Part shown: one piece after another, positions 59,225 to 64,000 of the stretch
Position numbering within the stretch: position 1 is the stretch's first letter
Layout: each line of letters opens with the position of its first letter
From: Candidatus Bathyarchaeota archaeon
GTDB taxonomy: Archaea > Thermoproteota > Bathyarchaeia > Bathyarchaeales > Bathycorpusculaceae
Assembly (NCBI GenBank): GCA_963775685.1
Contig: CAVZJV010000014.1
Coordinates: 2,016,001-2,080,000 of the forward strand
Direction: 5' to 3'
Length of the DNA stretch: 64,000 nucleotides
Notes under the pieces: generated by a model
What the model saw: the letters and a program-made list of their open reading frames with translations, nothing else
Database searches by the model: none
What the model was told of the DNA's origin: nothing
Made by a program: the position numbers and the translations under genes

Positions 59225-59829
59225 TCGCACTTGTTATGGCTGGCGGCAGGGGCACCCGTATGAAGCTGGCGCAGGAGAAACCACTCATTGAAGTTTGCGG
59301 CAAACCCGTCATCGAATATGTTCTCTCAGCGCTCAAAGAAGCCAAAAAGATTGATCACGTAATTGTTGCCACAACTAAATGCACACCTAAGACCACAAAG
59401 CTTATGCATCAACTTGGCGTAGAAGTCATCGAAACCCCCGGAAAAGACTACGTTTCCGACATGGGCTACGTCGTTCAAACCCTAAAGCTGGGTGTTTTCT
59501 TAGCTATCGCGGCTGACCTTCCATTGGTGAGGAGCCAAATGATTGACGCAGTTTTGGAACGTTACGAACGCTGTGGCAAACCTGCGTTGACGGTTGCGGT
59601 TCCTTTAGAAACTAAGGCAAAGTTGGGCATGTGCATCGAATACTCCTTCAAACTAGACGAAAAGAACGTGGTTCCAGTGGGCATAAACGTCATCGATGGA
59701 AGCAAACGGTACGGCGACGAATGGCTCGACCAAGACATCTACCTGCTAAACTTCCGAGAACTAGCCGTCAATATCAACACGGTGCCGGAGTTGCAGCTTG
59801 CAGAACGATTGCTGTCTCAGAAGCGGTAG
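59218..59829 (+). CDS. cobY: CobY guanylyltransferase, copy 2 (start uncertain; ACG at 59218)
   Basis: VIALVMAGGRGTRM..EKPL, ETPGKDYVSD, ADLP, PVGINVI, AVNINT. Confidence 0.85.
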   Translation, partial: TVIALVMAGGRGTRMKLAQEKPLIEVCGKPVIEYVLSALKEAKKIDHVIVATTKCTPKTTKLMHQLGVEVIETPGKDYVSDMGYVVQTLKLGVFLAIAADLPLVRSQMIDAVLERYERCGKPALTVAVPLETKAKLGMCIEYSFKLDEKNVVPVGINVIDGSKRYGDEWLDQDIYLLNFRELAVNINTVPELQLAERLLSQKR

Positions 59830-60348
59830 AAAAGAAATCTTGCCTAAATGGTCTTTCTTGTATAAGTGGGTTCTTAGCATGTTAATGAATGCAGAAACTG
59901 CCAATTCGATCTTCTCCTCTTGGTTTTGCAATAAGTTTCTGTTAAGCTTCGAAGCTGGGCAAGATAGATTTTTTTTGGAAGGGTTAGCTAAGATTTTCTC
60001 TTGTTATTCTTGCAATATGAGGAAAAGATGATCGGGAAATATTTGTTGTCTGATAGAACAACATCGCTTGAAAATTGCAGAATGGCTGAGGTTGTTTTGG
60101 GTCGCTTTTGTAATACAGGCTTTGCAATGTTTGCAGTTGCGTCTGGATTAGTCACAAAACGTCATAAAAAGTAAATTTGTCCTTTGGGAAGAATAACAAT
60201 TGCCGTTACTAATTGATAAACCTCCATGAAACCAAAAAATGCTAACGAAATGTAAAATTATGCACAAATCTAGGCTCCAAATAGGTATTAGCTAAATAAT
60301 AGCTGGACTGGCTTACGCAACTAAAATAAGTAACTATCAACTTAGGAA

Positions 60349-60720
60349 ATGTGTATGACGTCTCCTAAAAAAGCGTTCAAAACAACAGACGAGTACGTTG
60401 CTTCTTTTCCCAATAACGTGCAATTTGCTCTCCAGCAAATAAGGCAAGCCATCAAAGAATCTGCACCACAAGCACAAGAAGTCATAAGCTATAGCATGCC
60501 TGCCTTCAAACAAGATAGCATCTTGGTTTGGTTTGCATCTTTCAAGAACCACATCGGTTTTTTCCCTAAAGTTTCAGCTATGGAAGCCTTCAAAGAGCAA
60601 CTGTCCAGCTACCAAACAAGCAAGGGCACCATACGGTTTCCGTTAGATAAGCCAATCCCCGTTGACCTTGTTAAGGACATAGTGAAGTTTCGAGTCAAAG
60701 AGAACCAAAGTGTAAAGTGA
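60349..60720 (+). CDS. DUF1801 (YdhG-like) protein
   Basis: DEYVASFP, E.ISYSMPAF, FASFKNHIGFFP, SKGTIRFPLDKPIP. Confidence 0.85.
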   Translation: MCMTSPKKAFKTTDEYVASFPNNVQFALQQIRQAIKESAPQAQEVISYSMPAFKQDSILVWFASFKNHIGFFPKVSAMEAFKEQLSSYQTSKGTIRFPLDKPIPVDLVKDIVKFRVKENQSVK

Positions 60721-60722
60721 AT

Positions 60723-61604
60723 TTAAGTTTCAGCTTTGTGTTGCTTGCTATCTAAGACTTCTTTTAGCGTTGCCTGCATTTTCCTAGCATCTACATCCAA
60801 TATCGGCGATTCGCAAATCATAGTTGGGTGCATCCCAAAATCCGCAATCACCTCAGCCAGTAAACGAAACTCCGGCCCGAACTTTTCTTCGTCAAGGGTA
60901 TGGTGACGTTTTTCGCCTTGGTTGCTGAATTCGATTTTTGAGAAGTGACAATGCATGCTTCTGAGGACTTCTGTGCCGAGTTTCTGCTCGACTTTTTCGG
61001 CTACTGCGCGGAAGTCTTCGACTTTTTTTAGGGTTCCTTGGTGTAATGCATGCAGGTGCCCCCAGTCGATGACCAGTTGGGTGCCTTCAACTTCCTGGTT
61101 GATTGTTAGGATTTCGTCTAAAGTGCCAACTTGGAATTTCCTGCCCATGGTTTCGGGTCCGAGTTTAACTTTTAACCCAAGCGATTTCATTTCGGTGCTC
61201 ACTTCTTTAAGTGCGATAAGGCAGGTTTTAAAAGCGTAGTCTTTTTCGAATTTGCCATGGAAGCCCGTGTGGAAAACCACGACGTAAGCATTCATCCAGT
61301 CTGCAGCGGTTGCACATGCAATTAAGCGTCGCTTACTAGCTTCTACGACTTCCTTTTTGCCTGACAGGTTAATGAAGTAGGAGCCATGCATGCTCAACTT
61401 GACATCGTTTTTTTTTGCTTCTCCGCCGAGTTTTTGGGCGTCTTGCTGTTTTATCTGCGGTTTGGGTCCCCAGCGGGATGCTTGGTACTCTAACGCGTCT
61501 AGTCCCTCTTCGTGGAGAAGCTTTGGGACGTCAGCTGTGGTTGCGCCCATTAGCCGAAACATTGGCGGTATGCCTGCTGGACCAAATCGGGTGTGCTCTG
61601 CCAT
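60723..61604 (-). CDS. Endonuclease IV-like (AP endonuclease 2) TIM-barrel protein
   Basis: RFGPAG, HGSYFINL, VFHTG, PETMG, IDWGHLHA, HCHFSKIE, ICESP. Confidence 0.88.
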   Translation of the reverse strand: MAEHTRFGPAGIPPMFRLMGATTADVPKLLHEEGLDALEYQASRWGPKPQIKQQDAQKLGGEAKKNDVKLSMHGSYFINLSGKKEVVEASKRRLIACATAADWMNAYVVVFHTGFHGKFEKDYAFKTCLIALKEVSTEMKSLGLKVKLGPETMGRKFQVGTLDEILTINQEVEGTQLVIDWGHLHALHQGTLKKVEDFRAVAEKVEQKLGTEVLRSMHCHFSKIEFSNQGEKRHHTLDEEKFGPEFRLLAEVIADFGMHPTMICESPILDVDARKMQATLKEVLDSKQHKAET

Positions 61605-61725
61605 TTGTATCCCTTCATCATATTGTTACGTTGGCAATAACGCTTTCTCTAAACAACTCCAACGTGACATTTTTTAAAAAATTGTTTTAATGCTCAGCGG
61701 TTGTTCACTAGTTTAGGAAGCAGCT

Positions 61726-62508
61726 TTAAAACATTTGAGTTATTGTAGGAATATGGCCAAAAAAGTGCACATAAACAGCTGCCACCACAATCCCAACGGT
61801 AAAAGCAATCAGAGCATAATCTCCCCTGTGCAATTTTAGCAAATACAGGTTTGTGCGTTTTTTTGTAGCTCCCCACGCGCGAGACTCCATTGCTTCCGCC
61901 AACTCAAGGCTCCTTCGGATTGCGCTGACAATTAACGGGATAAGGACGGGAACATAATTCCTGATTCTCTTGAGCAAACCACCCTTCTCCAGTTCTAATC
62001 CTCTGGCTTTTTGGGCATCCATGATTGTTTGGGCTTCTTCGGCCAAGACAGGGACAAATCGAACTGCGGTCGTGAATGCGAAGGCGAATTCGTAGGGCAC
62101 ACGGGATTCCTCGAGAGCTAAGCCTAAATGGTCAGGTGAGGTGGTCAAGAAGAACACAGAGAATGATTCTACAAGAACAACGAATCGCAGGGTCATTGCT
62201 GCCGCGTTCTCCACGTTGAAAGCCGTTAAATGGTAGCCTGAAGTGAAATAGGTCGTGGCAACGTTAACAACAAAGATGAAGGTTGCCAAAAATGCTGCTC
62301 CACGTAGCGAACGCAGCCACTGTTTCTGCACACGTGCCAGCAAAACAAAGGGGACTTGCATAAAGAACAAAACTATCAGGGGAATAATCTGGTTGAAAAT
62401 AATGGCGACGACAAATATGCCGATGACGTATGTGAATTTGATTCTGGGGTCTAAGTTGTGAATTGGCGAGTAAACTTTTCTGAACCTTAAGCCGTCAAAA
62501 ACGCTCAT
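61726..62508 (-). CDS. ecfT: ECF transporter transmembrane T component
   Basis: LDPRIK, RFVPVL..E...I..AQKARG, AEAMESRA. Confidence 0.92.
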   Translation of the reverse strand: MSVFDGLRFRKVYSPIHNLDPRIKFTYVIGIFVVAIIFNQIIPLIVLFFMQVPFVLLARVQKQWLRSLRGAAFLATFIFVVNVATTYFTSGYHLTAFNVENAAAMTLRFVVLVESFSVFFLTTSPDHLGLALEESRVPYEFAFAFTTAVRFVPVLAEEAQTIMDAQKARGLELEKGGLLKRIRNYVPVLIPLIVSAIRRSLELAEAMESRAWGATKKRTNLYLLKLHRGDYALIAFTVGIVVAAVYVHFFGHIPTITQMF

Positions 62509-63329
62509 TTAGCGTCTGTTCTCCTTGGCTTTTAGAATGATTTGTTTGGCTTCGTAGATGTCAATTATATCCTTGGGAAAACCAAGCGACGACAGCTTAG
62601 TGAAGAGTTGTGATATCTGAGGCAGAACAATGGAAGACATTTCTAGCAGGGCTGGGTCAGTAAGAATTTGTTTTCCTTCTCCGTCAGCAACAATCTTGCC
62701 TTCCCTCATCAAAACCACACGAGGGTTGCATTCAGCCACAAACTCCACATCATGGGTAACGGTAACCACGGTTTTCTTCTGAGTCTGCATCTGCATGATA
62801 AACTGCCGCAACTTTTCCTTCTGCTCGTGGTCCTGCCCAATCGTCGGCTCATCCAAAATTAAGTCTTAGGGTCCCAAGCTAAAACTGAAGCCAGCGCTAC
62901 CCGTTTTCGTTCGCCACCGCTAAGCAAGAAAGGCGAAGTTTTCCGGTACTGAGTTAACGATAGAAGGTTTAGTGCCCATGTGACCCTTTGCTCGATGACT
63001 TCTGGTATGAAACCGAAGTTTTTGAGGGCAAAAGCGATTTCTTCTTCGACGGTTTCGCTGAAGAGTTGATGGTCCGGGTTCTGGAAGACAAAGCCTACGT
63101 TTCGCGCTATGGCGGCAACGCTTGACTTAGTTGTTTCAACTCCATCAACAAGCACCGCTCCTTTGGAAGGTTTTAGGAGTCCGTTGAAGTGTTTAACAAG
63201 AGTTGATTTTCCTGCACCGTTCTGCCCCATGATGGCAACGAATTCGCCATCCTTTATGGTAAGTGAGACGCCTTTTAGGGCTTCAACTTTATTAAGATAA
63301 GAAAAACGAATGTCCTTTGCTTCAATCAT
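62509..63329 (-). CDS. ecfA: ECF transporter ATPase (frameshift near 62858)
   Basis: GQNGAGKST, FQNPDHQLF and LSGGERKRV in one frame; LDEPTIGQD and VTHD continue in the next frame. Confidence 0.88.
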
Positions 63330-64000
63330 TGCTGCCCTAGTGCCTCCAGCAGTTGGTCAGCAAGTTCTTCAGAAGACAGGGGTGTACGGTCGCCCAAATT
63401 TAAGCCATCTTTTTTTAGCATCTGGTAGAGTAGCGTTGCCTTTGGGATTCCTACGCCGATTAAACGGGTTTCCTCGTTGCTTAAGATCTGTCTTGGGTCA
63501 CCTTCAAAACGGACCATTCCTCGATCCATTACGATAAGGTGATTAGCGTATTTAGCCGTCAAATCCAACCGGTGCTCAACTAGCACAACCGTTATTCCCT
63601 GCTCCTTGTTCAACCTGTAAATTACTTCAAAAATTTTCTCTGCACTCAACGGGTCAAGAAACGAAGTGGGTTCATCTAAAACTATGATTTCTGGTTCCAT
63701 CGCCAAAACAGATGCAATCGCAACCCTCTGCTGCTGCCCACCCGAGATTTCATGCGGAGACCGCTCGCGAATATCATAGATGCCTGTTTGGTTTAGTGCC
63801 CAATCAACTTTTTTGCGCATTTCCTCTCTGGAAACCCCAAGGTTCTCCAAGCCGAACGCAACGTCTTTTTCGATGGACAGGGCAAAGAGCTGGTTTTCTG
63901 GGTTCTGGAAAACTAAGCCCACGTGCTTTGCCATCTCATAGGTATGGTGTTTTAGGGTGTCGATTCCCGCAACCGAAATTTCGCCCTTGATTTCACCCTG
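63326..64000 (-). CDS. ecfA: ECF transporter ATPase (5'-truncated by the window edge)
   Basis: FQNPENQLF, ISGGQQQRVAIA, LDEPTS, VEHRL. Confidence 0.9.
   Translation of the reverse strand, partial: QGEIKGEISVAGIDTLKHHTYEMAKHVGLVFQNPENQLFALSIEKDVAFGLENLGVSREEMRKKVDWALNQTGIYDIRERSPHEISGGQQQRVAIASVLAMEPEIIVLDEPTSFLDPLSAEKIFEVIYRLNKEQGITVVLVEHRLDLTAKYANHLIVMDRGMVRFEGDPRQILSNEETRLIGVGIPKATLLYQMLKKDGLNLGDRTPLSSEELADQLLEALGQQ

Noticed and set aside
59830-60340. Intergenic ORFs or hidden RNA between cobY and DUF1801
   Set aside because: No convincing reading frame, repeat or stable structure was found by eye.
361-63990. Numerous 60-150 aa antisense or alternative-frame ORFs in the ORF track
   Set aside because: They are shadows overlapping well-supported genes and carry no independent motifs.

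Overview
This is an archaeal window, most likely Bathyarchaeia. That assignment is inferred from archaeal-type CobY/CobZ/CobT, a Tes tetraether synthase, TrmB and tandem-AsnC regulators, and large C-terminally anchored 'PQQ-like' beta-propeller surface proteins. Roughly 2.9-59.8 kb is a cobalamin-centred island. It holds seven B12-binding radical SAM enzymes (three paralog pairs plus a singleton), two SPASM and one HemN-like radical SAM, and three Dph6-like ATP-dependent amide ligases. It also holds cobamide nucleotide-loop genes (cbiB, cobD, cobZ, cobT, two cobS, two cobY), an epimerase-UbiA-Tes lipid operon, five glycosyltransferases and five secreted beta-propeller proteins. rnfD/rnfC lie on the left and an ECF transporter on the right. 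The most unusual signal is non-coding. A ~100-nt structured element occurs twice (8108-8210 and 39560-39655), each just 3' of a large beta-propeller gene. Its hairpin loops and linkers are the reverse complement of the RBS, start codon and first codons of a third paralog (29909), which has no such element. Several conserved genes carry frameshifts, probably assembly errors. No tRNA, rRNA, CRISPR array or transposase was recognised. All calls are from reading the sequence; no database searches were run.
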